Of a stretch of 64,000 nucleotides of DNA, positions 49,621-60,997 are shown one piece after another. How positions within the stretch are numbered: position 1 is the stretch's first letter; every line of letters starts with the position of its first letter. The DNA is from Lama glama (Eukaryota). The stretch lies in contig CM052816.1 in assembly GCA_028534125.1 (NCBI GenBank), positions 95,854,001 through 95,918,000 of the forward strand, read 5' to 3'. Below the pieces are notes generated by a model, which worked only from the letters and a program-made list of their open reading frames with translations, ran no database searches and was not told where the DNA came from. A program made the position numbers and the translations under genes.

Positions 49621-50394
49621 CAGGTCACAGCGTGACTTCCCGTGCAGCTTCTTGCTCGGTGGGCCCTCCTGGCAGGACCAGGCAGGGGTGCAGAGTCAAG
49701 AGAAGGCCTCAGGGGCCGTGGGTCTTACCTGGCGGGTGAGGGCAGGTGCGGAATCAGGCCAAGTCCCCAGACTCCCGCAGCCTTCATCCCCTAGGCTCTC
49801 TGGACACGGCCTCCCACAGCCGCAGACTCAGTGGCAGGTTTACCTTCCCACCCCCGGGGATCCTTCCCACCTCCCTCCCTGACCTTCCCACTATGGCAGG
49901 GCAGGTCCACTCCCTGCAGAGGACAGAGCAGCATCTTCAGATTCTTCTCCTTGAGGTCAAGGGTCAGGTCAGGACCCCTCCAGGATCCACAAGGGGCAGG
50001 CTGATGCCGGGACCACAGGTTGGAATGTGGTGCCAGTGGTCCTCTGGCCTTCCTGACAGCCCTCTCCAGCAGGGTGACCCCGGGTGACCCTTGTCCAGGG
50101 CAGGGCTGCGTGCACCTGGCCAGCTCCTCAAGCTGCTGTACCCACCCTGCGTCCCTGGAGGAGAGCAGGACTAGTGTCAGCTTCCTTCTTTTCTTGGCAA
50201 GCCCACTGCTGAGCAGGAGACAGCCTGGGGGCAGGCAGGAGCAGCTCAAAAGCCGGCATGGGGGCAAGTGGGACCACCTGCTGCGTGTGCTTCCGGGTGT
50301 CCTTCTCCATGTGTCCTCGTCCCATCCTTCCTCATTCCTGTTGCATCCTGGCATTGGCCACCCACCCCCTCGCATACCTGGTACCATGAACAAG

Positions 50395-52860
50395 AATGTG
50401 CACCTTGCTTTTACATCTAGTATTTTACTGTTTGTTTTCTGTATGTTTTATATCTCTTTGTTGTTGTTCCTCTATTTCTCTGTTACTGCTGTCTTTTATG
50501 TTAAATACATATATTCTAGTGTACCATTAAAATTCTCTTTTCATTTATTGTACTAAATATTTTTGAGTTATTTTCATAGTGGTTGCCCTGGGGATGATAA
50601 TTAATGTTCTCTTGTATAACAATTTAGTTCAGATTATACTAATTTAATTTGTGTATTATGCAAAGACTTTATTCTCACACAGCTTCATTCCTTCCCTCTC
50701 CTGTGCGGTGGTCTTGTCACAAATTAGGTCTTTGTACACTGTATGCTCATCAACACAGTTTTGTATTATTTCTTTATCCTGTTGTGCTTTTTACATTAAG
50801 TTGGAGAAAAAAGCTACGAAGAAAACAGTCATTTATACTGTCTTTTATATTTATCTGTGTTCTAAACTCTATTTGGTGCTATTGACTTCTTTGTGTGGAT
50901 TCAAGTTGCTGTCTTGTGTCTTTTCGTTACAACCTGAAGGGCTCCCATTAGTATTTATTGTAGTGTAGGTCTGTTAGGGACAAATTATCTCAGTTTTTAA
51001 AAATATGAGACTATTTTAATTTCTTCTTTATTTCTGAAGAGTAGTTTTGCCAGATATAGAATTCATGGTTGACAGTTTTTCCCCTCAGTGCTTTGAATGT
51101 GTCATACAACTGACTCCTGGTTTCCATGGTTTTTGATGAGAAATCAGCCATCAATCTAAAAGAGAATCAATCACTTGTACAAAATCAGTCACTTTTCTCT
51201 TGCTGCTTTCAAGATGCTTTTGGTCTTTGGCTTTTGACAGTTTGATGATGATGTGTGTGTGGATCTCTTAAATTTATCCTACTTTGAATTCATTGAGCTA
51301 CTTGGATGAGTAGATTAATTTTTTTCATCAAAATTGGGGAGTTTTCATGAAAATTGGGTAGTCCTCTGTGGGTTCGTCACCAGTTGTGGGTTCTGGCCAG
51401 CAGAAGTCCCACCGAGACAGAATGAATTACTCAAGACTCTGGGGAAAAGTCAAGAGAGCAAGAGGGAGTCAGGAGCCAACTCCACGAGCCTCTCAAATCT
51501 CTCATATTTATTGAGCACAGTTGAAGCAGGAATTTAGGGAAGGACAGGGTGGGCTCACAATGAGTACAAGGGCTTTGTTTATTGTTGGCGTTGGGCTCAA
51601 GGTCAGAAGGCCCTTTTTGGTGAATCATAATCGTGTTGAACCTTTCAGCTTATCAGGGTGGAACGTAAGAGAATCAGCTGCTTTAACAGCTTGGACTCAG
51701 GCGGCTGTGCCTGTCTCAGGTTCCCCCCTCCGGGGGGCTTACCTGTCATTGGCTACCCAGCCTTCTCACCTCTGAGTCTGCAGCTTTCTATAAGTTGTTT
51801 GCCATTCCAGCCCAAGGCTGTTTTGGGGATAGAAGACTAACAACAGGCACGCCCAGTGTTTATAGCTGGGGGCCTGGGTCATTGCTAAAACCTCAAGGCA
51901 GTTACTAAGCACGTCTTCTTTAAGGAGTTAAGTGGCTGGGATCTGTTACAATTTGTTAACCCAATCATGGGCTCCCACAGTCCTCAAATATCCTTTTTGT
52001 TCCTTCCTCTCTCTCCACTCCTGAGATTCCCATCATTCATATGTTGAGAATTTTTGTTGTGTTCCACAGGTCTCTGAGAGTGTTTATTTTTCTTTTTTTC
52101 TTTCTGTTTCTCAAAATGGATAATCTCAATTGATTGTCTTTAAGTTCACTTAGTATGTCTTCTACCTGCTCAAGTTTTTGAAATTGAAGTGCATTTTTTA
52201 TATTAATTATTGTACTTTTCAGCTGCAAAATTTCTGTTTGATTTTTTACATTATTTGCATTCTTTATGGATACTCTCTGGTGAGACATCATATTTCCTTT
52301 AGTTCTTTAGACACAGTCTTCTTTACCTCTGAACCTGTTTAAGTGGCTTATTTAAAGTCTTCTTCTAGTAAGTCCAATGCCTGATCTTCCTCAGAGACAA
52401 TTTCTATTGATTTCAACCTTTCTCCACCCACCTGCTGTATATGGACCATGCTTTCTTGTTTCTTTGCATATCTCATATTTTTTTGTGGAAAATAAGACAT
52501 TTAAAATAATACAAAGTGGCAACTCTGAAAATCAGATTTCCCTCCGCCTCCCACCCCTGCTCCGCTCTGGATTTTTCTTGTCCTTGTTGTTTCTTTGGTG
52601 ACTTTTCTGAGCTAATTCTACAAAGTCTGTATTTTTTTCTGTGGCGCTGCAGTCTCTACTCGGTTAGCTTAGTAGTCAGCTAATGGTTAGACAGAGATTT
52701 CCTCAAACGCCTGGACATCAGCGTCCCCCAGTTTTTGTCAGAGGTCTCTATGTGCGTTTTGGGTGCTCCTTCAACTCTCAGTCAGGCAGTTGGCAATGTT
52801 GATTTTGCCTCCTCTTCCTGATCGCACAGAGCTTCAAGGTCACCAGAGGTGAACGCTCAG
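50395..52860 (-). mobile_element. Old LINE-1 ORF1/inter-ORF region (L1MC/MD-like), interrupted by an ERV LTR
   Basis: ORF 52037-52291(-) KNQTEILQLKSTIINIKNAL..LEQVEDILSELKD..LRDLWNTTK matches the L1 ORF1p coiled coil. Also gtagttttgccagatatagaattcatggttgacag and gatgagaaatcagcc. Confidence 0.85.
51367..51979 (-). mobile_element. Solo ERV LTR, class II (ERV2/ERVK-like), 613 bp
   Basis: Termini TGTGGG...CCCACA form a 6-bp inverted repeat. Perfect 6-bp TSD gtcctc (51361-51366 / 51980-51985). Minus-strand AATAAA at ~51507-51512. Confidence 0.85.
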
Positions 52861-53049
52861 AATCATTTATTCCCTGTCTCCATGGAACTGAATGACCTTG
52901 GATGAGTTGCTTTTTCTCACCTGTAGGCTTCATATCCAAACCTGTAAAGGGATGATAATAATATATAATCAAATAGATTATTAGAAGCACCTTCCTCTCT
53001 TAGTGACTGTAAAACAAAAGCATAACTCCTATATTTTAATATATCATTA

Positions 53050-54440
53050 AATGGATTGTATCTTTCATTTAGATCTTTAATTCATCTAGAAATCATTTTC
53101 AGATTTTGTGTAAATGCATATTTTTTTTCTTTTCTAAATTGTCAGCTATTTGTCATGTATTAAAAACCCAAGTATTTTCGGTTTGGTTTCTGGACTCTAT
53201 GTTCTGTTTTGCTCATCAATTTGTCTATTCCTGTGCCAGGATTCCTGGATCATATTGTTTTGATTAGAGTAGCTTTAACATACATTTAAATATCTGGGAA
53301 TAAAAGCCCGTTATAATGGCCTTTTCCAAAACAGTCTCAGAAATAATCAAGCTTATTGTTCCATATGAAATCTACAATCAATTTGTCTAATTTCTAAAGC
53401 AAGATCAGAATACATAAACAACCATTAGGGTTCTGATTGGAGTCGCATTAAGTCTACACACTGATTGGTGACACATTTATGATGTTCTGTCTTCCCAGCC
53501 AGGGGTATGACATGTCTTCACCGACTAAAGCCTGTTTTTATGTCTTGTATAGAATATTAATATTGAAATACATGTTCCGAATCTTGCGACTTCTTTGATA
53601 AATTTATTTTTAGTAATTATGTAGTTTTAGTAGTTGTCATGAATGGAAACTTCTACCATTTTAATTTCTAAATGGTTATTTCTAGTGTAGAGAACAACTG
53701 TTGCGTTTTTCAAATATTTGTCTTACATGGTGACATCTTCATGTGGTTGTGTTTTTAAAAATTTGTTCTAAGAGGTTTCCTTTCAGTTAAATCTCCTGAA
53801 TTTTCTAGCTGTAAAATCACATTATCTGCAAAATGTGATGCTGCTTCCACGTCTTTTCCAATATTTGCACCATTTACTTAACAATACCTTCTTGCACTAA
53901 CTAGATTCTCCTAAACAGGACTGAAGTTCAGTTGGGGATTCCCCACCCTTTGTCCTGTTTCTAAGTGCAGTAGGAATGCATTTAGGATTGTACAATTTAA
54001 TATAATGCTTTATAATAATTTCTGGTATCATTAAAAAAATCATTTTAAGACGTTTTTATTTTATTTGAAGTATCTAATTTTAATTTTATCTGGAGAACTT
54101 TTATTTTACTTAAGGTCTTTAATCACAAAATTTTCTTCTTAAATTTGTAGATTGCCTTGGGCAGCATGGCCATTTTAACAATATTGATTCTTCCAATCCC
54201 AGAGCATGGGATATCTTTCCCCTTCTTTAAGTCTTCTTTAATTTCCTTCCTCAATGTTTTGTAGTTCTCCATGTTTAAGTCTTTCACCTCCTTGACAAAA
54301 TTTTCTTCTTGATTAGATTTTTTCGGGATATGACAATATAATTCTTAACTCAACAAACTTTTTATTAGTATAATTAATATATTGCCAGATTCCTTAAGGT
54401 TGAACCATCTCAGCAAGCCTGGAGTAGAATTTTTGTGTAA
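53050..54440 (-). mobile_element. Degraded old LINE-1 ORF2 region hosting a younger L1 fragment
   Basis: tttagatctttaattcatctaga, ttttctagctgtaaaatcacattatctgcaaa, gttgaaccatct. Confidence 0.7.
54141..54294 (-). mobile_element. 154-bp internal LINE-1 ORF2 fragment with 16-bp TSD and no poly(A)
   Basis: Minus-strand translation [51 protein letters not shown] matches L1 ORF2. Flanked by acaaaattttcttctt at 54125-54140 and 54295-54310. Confidence 0.9.
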
Positions 54441-54444
54441 CAGG

Positions 54445-55160
54445 GGTAGTAGAAGATACCATAAATAAAATTAAAAGATATATGAGAAGCTTCGAGAAAC
54501 TATGTGCAATATAATGTATGTAAATTGCATACTATATAACTTACATGTTTTATATATATTATATATTTACAATACATTTACAATGTGATCTCTATTAATA
54601 AAAAAGAAAATAGACAAAAGGTATAAATAGACAAAACAGATGAAAAACACAAGTGACCAATAATATATAAAAAAAACTTAATCTCATTAATACATTTTAA
54701 AGTGTAAATTAAAGAGATGCAGTTTTGCCTTTCAAAATGGGAACATTTAAAAAGACTACTCACATCAAGTGTTAGTCTAAGTGTGGGGAAATTGGCTTCG
54801 TCGTGCATCTGTAGTGCAGGTATGGATTCGTATACCTTTTAAAATATATTTCATATATTAAAAATTTTAATATGCACATATTATACTCCAGCATTCTTAC
54901 TGCTAAGAGTCTGCACAAAAACCATATTGTGAGTTGGTAAAGATATCTGTGTCAGAGTTCTCGCTGCTACATTGTATATAATAGTTAAAATAGGAAAATC
55001 TCTCAAATGTAAATCTCTCAAGTGTGGGGGGGTTTGTTAAGGAAATTATGGTGTAAGATACAGTACCATGGATATCATGGCTTCTGATGAGAATGGATGG
55101 GTCTGTGCTCGCCAGTGTGTACAGCAGAGTTCCATTCGTAAATATAAAAGTACACCATTG
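54445..55160 (+). mobile_element. Degraded LINE-1 3' region (L1ME-like)
   Basis: aaatagacaaaagg..., ctccagcattcttactgctaag, gttaaggaaattatggt. Confidence 0.6.
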
Positions 55161-56324
55161 CTTGTATGTATAAAGATTCTGGGGAGATGTCTTCACAACC
55201 TAGGAGAGCCAGGATCAGACCAGGTTAGTAGTTGCAAGTAACAGTAACTAATTACGGTGGATTCAGCAGAAACGAGTAGACAGAGGAGCCCATGATAATC
55301 TCAAGACTTTAGAGAAACAAGCTCCCCACTTAAAGGAAATGTGCCCCTGGACTGAACATGCACAAGGACTGGAGTGACAGTGGGACCTTTGCTGTCACTA
55401 GGCCTGGGATGTTACAGTTTGCACTGCTCCAGGACTGACCGCAGCTGCTGCTGCCCCAGGTCCCACGCCACTTTTGTTCCAGGGACTAGGCTGGCAAGTG
55501 CTGCCTCTCCCAGGATCCAGGTGCTGCCACCAAAAGTAGATCCCACTGGACCCTCCTCTCTGGGCTGCTCCTGCCCAAAGCAGGGCCTGTGTGTCAGAAT
55601 CAGCTTGGTGGAACCTGGACACATCTGGGACTCAGTTGCCAAAATCTGGGGCCCCAAGATCTCTGGGTTCTGTTTTAGGAAGTGAGACTCACAAGGCTAG
55701 AAATTCCCAGACACATGGCTTCGTAGCACCATGTTCAAAGGTCCAGCAGAGACAGATCCGAACTGATTTAGACAGTGATCATCTCTGGAGGGGCTGTTGC
55801 AGCTGGAATTCTGTGGTAGAGTTCCAGGGGGTGTCAATCACATCGGGGTGATGTACAATGTGGAAACACTTCTGGGTGGTAAGATATGTGTCTGTGTCTG
55901 TGTCTGTGGGGGGGTTATATGTATATACAATGGAGTTACTTTCACTTATTTATGCTTTTTATATATAAAGCTAAAAAGTAATTAAATAAGCTAATTGGAA
56001 ATCTTTGAATCCTATAACTTTTTGATTCCACTAAAATAAAAATCAAGCATAAAGCATGATTAAATTCAATATGAAAGTTTTTGATAGCACCATATTCCCA
56101 TTATAAATTATCCAGATCAGTAAGAGCAAAAAGTAACTTGGCATCTTTGAGTTCAGCAACTTATTTGTGAAACAACAGGTCCCAGATGGTTTTAAATGAT
56201 TTGCTGCAGCCAATGAGCTAACATGTGATAAAGCCTGTTCTGGAATTTCAGAGTCTCGATTCCCATTCTGTGTTCTGTGGTGATGGCAAGTGAGATCAAC
56301 AGTTGGACTTAACGTCTTTCTAGA

Positions 56325-57110
56325 TCTTTCCACTTGTGAAAAACTCCAATGGCTTCCCATCCATGAAGGATGGAAACCTGCTTCCCTATAAGGCCTCCCA
56401 TGTCTGACCACTGTCTGAATCTGTCACCTCCCTCATCATTCCTGCCCCAGCCCTACCCTCCTCTTGTTCCTGGAGGTTGTCAACTTCACTGTCACTTGAG
56501 AATCTTTGCGTTTAGTCCCTTTGCCTTTTCCCTCCTGCTCAAAGACCTCCCTCTCAATGAGGCCTCATACAAACACACTATAGAAGACTCTACCCTCTTC
56601 CCCTCCAGTCTCCATCCCCTCACCTGCAGGATAGCTGGGTGGCCTGTTCTCCTTCTGGAATCTTAGCTCCAAGAAGAAAGAGACACCTATGATCTGAATT
56701 TTGTGTCTCTGCCAAACTCAAATGTTGGAAGCCTAACCTTCGAAGATGAAAGTAGGAGGTGGAGCCTTTGGCAGGTGCTGGGGTCATGAAGGTGGAGCCC
56801 TTGTGAATGGGATCAGTGCCCTTATGAATGAGGGTCCAAAGACATCTTTAGCCACGTGAGGACACAGTAAGAAGGTGGCAGCTATGACCCAGGAAGAGGG
56901 CTCTCAGCAGAATTCCACCATGCTGGTGCCTTGACCTGGACTTCCCAGTCTCCAGAACTAGTAAGAAATACTATGTATTGTTTATAAGCCACACAGTCTG
57001 TGGGTACTTTGTCGCAGCGGCCTGAGCAAACTAAGAGAGAGACACTGCGCGATTCACTCCCGGGATCGACCGAGCGACTGCGCTGCTCAGATCTTCAGTG
57101 AACAGTGACT
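56325..57110 (+). mobile_element. LINE-2 3' fragment split by an MLT1A LTR
   Basis: aaaactccaatggcttcccat...ctggaatcttagctccaag, then resumes after the LTR with gattcactccc...gctcagatcttcagtgaa. Confidence 0.6.
56685..57038 (+). mobile_element. MaLR solo LTR (MLT1A-like) with 5-bp TSD
   Basis: ggaggtggagcctttgg...gtgaatgggatcagtgcccttat...ttcccagtctccagaact...ttgtttataagccac...ctaagaga. TSD gagac (56680-56684 / 57039-57043). Confidence 0.88.
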
Positions 57111-58918
57111 GAGGGGATGGCCCGTGGCGTCAGTTAAGGAGACCACCAGCTGGACTGCAGAACTGAATGGACTTGCTTCCTCTGTAGCTCTTTTGCAGGC
57201 TTCTTTCCCGTGGAACCCACCTCCTGGTGAACTGCTGCCCATCAAACACACAAGGAGCCGATTTCAGTATCAGTCCTGTGAATAACAGAGACTCTTTCTC
57301 CACACCTGCCTCTTCCGTTGAGCTCCCGGTCCCCATGACCTTACCCCACTAATGAGCTCGCTGAGGACAACCAGCCATACAGCTCATCGTACGTGCCCTG
57401 AGCATCTTTGTACAACATTGTTGGTGGCTCAAAATCTTTTTATCTGCCTATTTGGAAACAGCTTGCCCACCTACCTTCTTTAAATAGCTCCTAATAGTTC
57501 CTAATGGTTTCTGCTGCTTAAGCGACACTTTTCATTGTATTTAGCAGTCTTCAGATCAGAAACAAAGAAAGATCCAGACCTCATAAGTTTTTCCCCAGCT
57601 GAATCCTTCTTATGAATGTCCATTTAGTTTATATGCATTCAATATCTGAAAACTAAATCCAGCAGGAAGTGCAATGTCATATAGTTTTCTTATAGAGAAA
57701 TTGCTCATGGGCTCGCAGACCTTTTCCTGACCACACCAAGACTCCTTACTAAGAAAACACCCTTAACTTTTCCAGCTTTGATAGTAGCAACAACAACAAC
57801 AAAAAACCCCAAATAGTTGTATTTCTTTGTCTGGTGTCCTATACTACAGAATACACGTAGGCTGCTTAAAAAACATATTGTGAGTCACTGCTGAAATATA
57901 CCACTGTGTAAATATTAGTCCAAAAGTTGGCATCTCATCTTGTTAAAGTCACCTCTTTGTTACTAAATCAAATGTCTTACTGTACCTTCACCTTTTGATG
58001 CCCCCTGCTACGAGCCGCCACGAGCCACCGCTGTTCCACCAAGCATGGAAAATACAGGTGAACATTGTTTCCATTATTTACTCTGCGCATGATGCAGGGT
58101 GGAACAGCACAGGAGAAATGAGAAGTAAGAATCTACGACGCAAAAAGTCTGTGGTCAGGGAGGGAAATCACGAGCAGGGTTTACAGCAGAGCATTGAAGA
58201 GAAACCTTTCCATAGGACAGAACTTTTAAAGGAAGAGAAGGACAGTGGTCTCTAATCCCTGCCAGGCACAGGAGCACCTGGGTGGGAAATAGAAAACCAT
58301 GGAAGAATCCATCCATCTGGTGTGGAGTGAAGACTAGTCTGGGGAGATTAAGGTACAAAGGAAACGTGATGTTTTGTAAGTGGACAGCTGCTACTCTAAA
58401 GCACCTAGGCAGCGGGGGAGGAGAACGTGACCTATCTCTCCACCCTGCCCTAGGCACTCAGCGGCTTTTCCAGACCCCACGTGGGGCAAAGGGAGAGTGA
58501 AAGCGAGGTCACTGCAGAGCCTGCTGCCATGACGACAAAGCAACACGGATTCAGATCTTGTTGGGCCTTATCGTTGGGTACTTTTTTTTTTTTTTACCAT
58601 TAGGTGCCATTTTTTTCATTGGATGCTATTTCTAAGGCAAAGATATTCTACCAACAAAGAGGTTTCAAACCCCAACTTCAAAAGTTCCAATAATGACCCC
58701 ATTTTGAGTTTAACAGCTCAGAGCAGCAAAAAGTCATTCTTCTTGACTCTCCAGCATCTGCTCTCTCTTCCTGTGATTGGAGCTTACCTGCTGCATAGAC
58801 GTGGTTTCGGTGGCTGGCCTTGGTGCCCTTCCTGGGTTGTGTCCCCAGGGGCTGGGAGCGTTGGCTGCTAATAATTCAGTGATACCCCTACTTTCCAGAG
58901 CTTCCACTGCTTGGAATC

Positions 58919-59301
58919 TGTGTTGGTTCTTAGAGCAGCCACAACAGAGCATCACAGAGTAGGGGCTCAAACCACTGAAATGTACTTCTCACAGTCTGGA
59001 GGCTGGGAGTCCAAGGTCAAGGTGTTGGCAGGTTTGGTTTCTCCTGAGGCCTCTCTTCTTGACTTGCAGATGGCCACCTTCTCCCTGTGTCCTCACGTGG
59101 TTTTCCCTCTGTGCCTGTCTGGTCCTAATCTCCTCTTCTCATAGGGACACCAGTCATATTGAATTAGGGCCCAACCATCTGATCTCATTTGACCTTAATT
59201 ACTTCTTTAAAGGCCCTATCACCAAATCCAGTCCTATTCTGAGGTTCCAGGAGCAGGATTTCTAACAGGAATTTGTGGAGAATACACTTCAGCCCATAAC
59301 A
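58919..59301 (-). mobile_element. MaLR solo LTR (MLT1B-like)
   Basis: ctcacagtctggaggctgggagtccaaggtcaaggtgttggcagg...ggacaccagtcatattgaattagggccc...ttcagcccataaca. Confidence 0.9.
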
Positions 59302-59310
59302 GACCAGAAG

Positions 59311-59478
59311 CCTTTCTTTCCTTCCCTTCTTTCTTCCTTTCTTTCTTTTGTTTCTTCCTTTCTCTCTTTCTTTCTCTCTCTCTCTTCCTTTCTCTCCTTT
59401 CTCTCCTTTCTCTCCTTTCTTTCTTTCTTTCTTTCTTTCCTTCTTTCTTTCTTTCTTTTTTTCTTTCTTTCTTTCTTT
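59311..59478. repeat. (TTTC)n/(TC)n compound microsatellite
   Basis: Directly visible. Confidence 0.95.
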
Positions 59479-59989
59479 CACAACTCTTTCTAAATCTATC
59501 TGGAGTCTGGTCATTAACAGCCTCTGAGTATTTGACTCTCCTGAGGCAGTTTCCTGGTCTCTATATCTGCAATCATAAGAGCTGGGTTACCAAAACTTTA
59601 CCTGCTTTCCCCCAAAAGGAGCTTTCTCCCCAAGTCCACCTAAGATGTGGCCAAGGAGGAACATGACATGACATGACAATGAGGGCCCCCCCCAGGGAAC
59701 AGATGGGGAGTCAGGGAGGTATAGGACCAGAGAAGCCCTTGAGGTTGCAGAACCAGCTTGTCCAAGAGCCCACTCCACTGCCCAGAGAGGGGCTGTTCTC
59801 AGCCAGCAGGGAGTGGTGACACGTGCCACTCACAAGGGACCACCTGTGCCATTACCACTCACCCCTTTCCTGAATGAGAGCTGAAGATGAATAAAAAGTA
59901 GAGACTATTTACTGGACCAGAACAGACCTATTTCCTGTAGTCGTGCATGGCTGTCCAGCAATTCCTCACATGCTGAAGGCAGTATGAAA

Positions 59990-60475
59990 GCCTCATTAGA
60001 CTGAATATGACCCCGAAGATGCCTGTTCTAATCTATGGTGCCTGTAAATATGTCACTTCACATGACAAAAAGGACTTTGCAGACTGATTAAGGATTTTAT
60101 ACTGAGGAGAATATCCTGGATTATCTGGTGGGTCAGTAATCACAGGGTACTTATAAGAGGGAAGCAGAGGGGGTCAGAGTCAAAGAAGATGTGACAACAG
60201 AAGCAGAGGTCAGAGAGGAGAGAAGATGCCATCTTGCTGGCTTTGAAGGTAGAAGAAGGGACCACAAGCCAAGGCCTGCAGGGGCCTCTAGAAGACAAAG
60301 AACAGATTCTCCCCTCGGAGCTTGCACGGAGCACAGCCCTGCCAACACCTTGATTTTAGTCCAGTGAGGCTGATCTGGAGCTTCTAAGCTCCAAACTGCG
60401 AAAGAATCCATTTGTGTTGTTTTAGGTCACGGAGTTTGAGGTCATTTGTTACAGCAGTGGAGGGAAACGAATGCA
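59990..60475 (+). mobile_element. MaLR solo LTR (MLT1D-like)
   Basis: cctgtaaatatgtcac..catgacaaaaaggactttgcaga...atcctggattatctggtggg...gcacagccctgccaacaccttgattttag. Confidence 0.88.
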
Positions 60476-60781
60476 GCAGGTGATGGGTATAAATGTGTTA
60501 CAATGTTTAGTCCAAGAAACTCACATTGTTTAGTTTCTAATATGTGTATCATGTTAGAAATATAAAACACCATCTCATATTTAACTGGCTAGAATTGGGT
60601 TGATGGGGAAGGTGCCCTGTGAGTCACTACTGGTTACATTACTCATCCTGGCCTCGGATCTCACCAGTCTCCTTGAGGGCTTAAGTGATCCAGAGAATGT
60701 GCAAAGGACCTCCGAAGGTCAGGCTTTGACCAGAACCGCCGCCACGCTCATCATCTAAACCCATATTCCAAGCTCACACTT

Positions 60782-60997
60782 CAGGGGTCAGCCCGTTATT
60801 TCGGTAAAGAGCCAATTATTAAATACCCCAGACGTTGTGGTCTCTGTCCCAACCACTCAGCTCTGCCCTTGGAGTGTGACAGCTGCACAGATAACACATA
60901 AATGAATGGACTTGGCCACGTGCCAAGAAACCCTTATTTACAAAAACAGGCTGCAGCCTGGATGTGGCCCGTGGGCCACAGTCTGCAGATTTCTCCT
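60782..60997. mobile_element. MER58A hAT-Charlie element
   Basis: caggggtcagc...gtctctgtcccaaccactcagctctgcc...tttacaaaaacaggctgcagcctggatgtggcccgtgggcc. Confidence 0.88.

Noticed and set aside
50040..50200. Resemblance of the minus-strand ORF to PNMA/Gag-derived proteins (KRRxL, SSRDA, LLxxAVxK)
   Set aside because: Only short words match. The KRR-to-SSRDA spacing is wrong and the QxxGEK-like motif is absent, so it is not supportable without a profile search.
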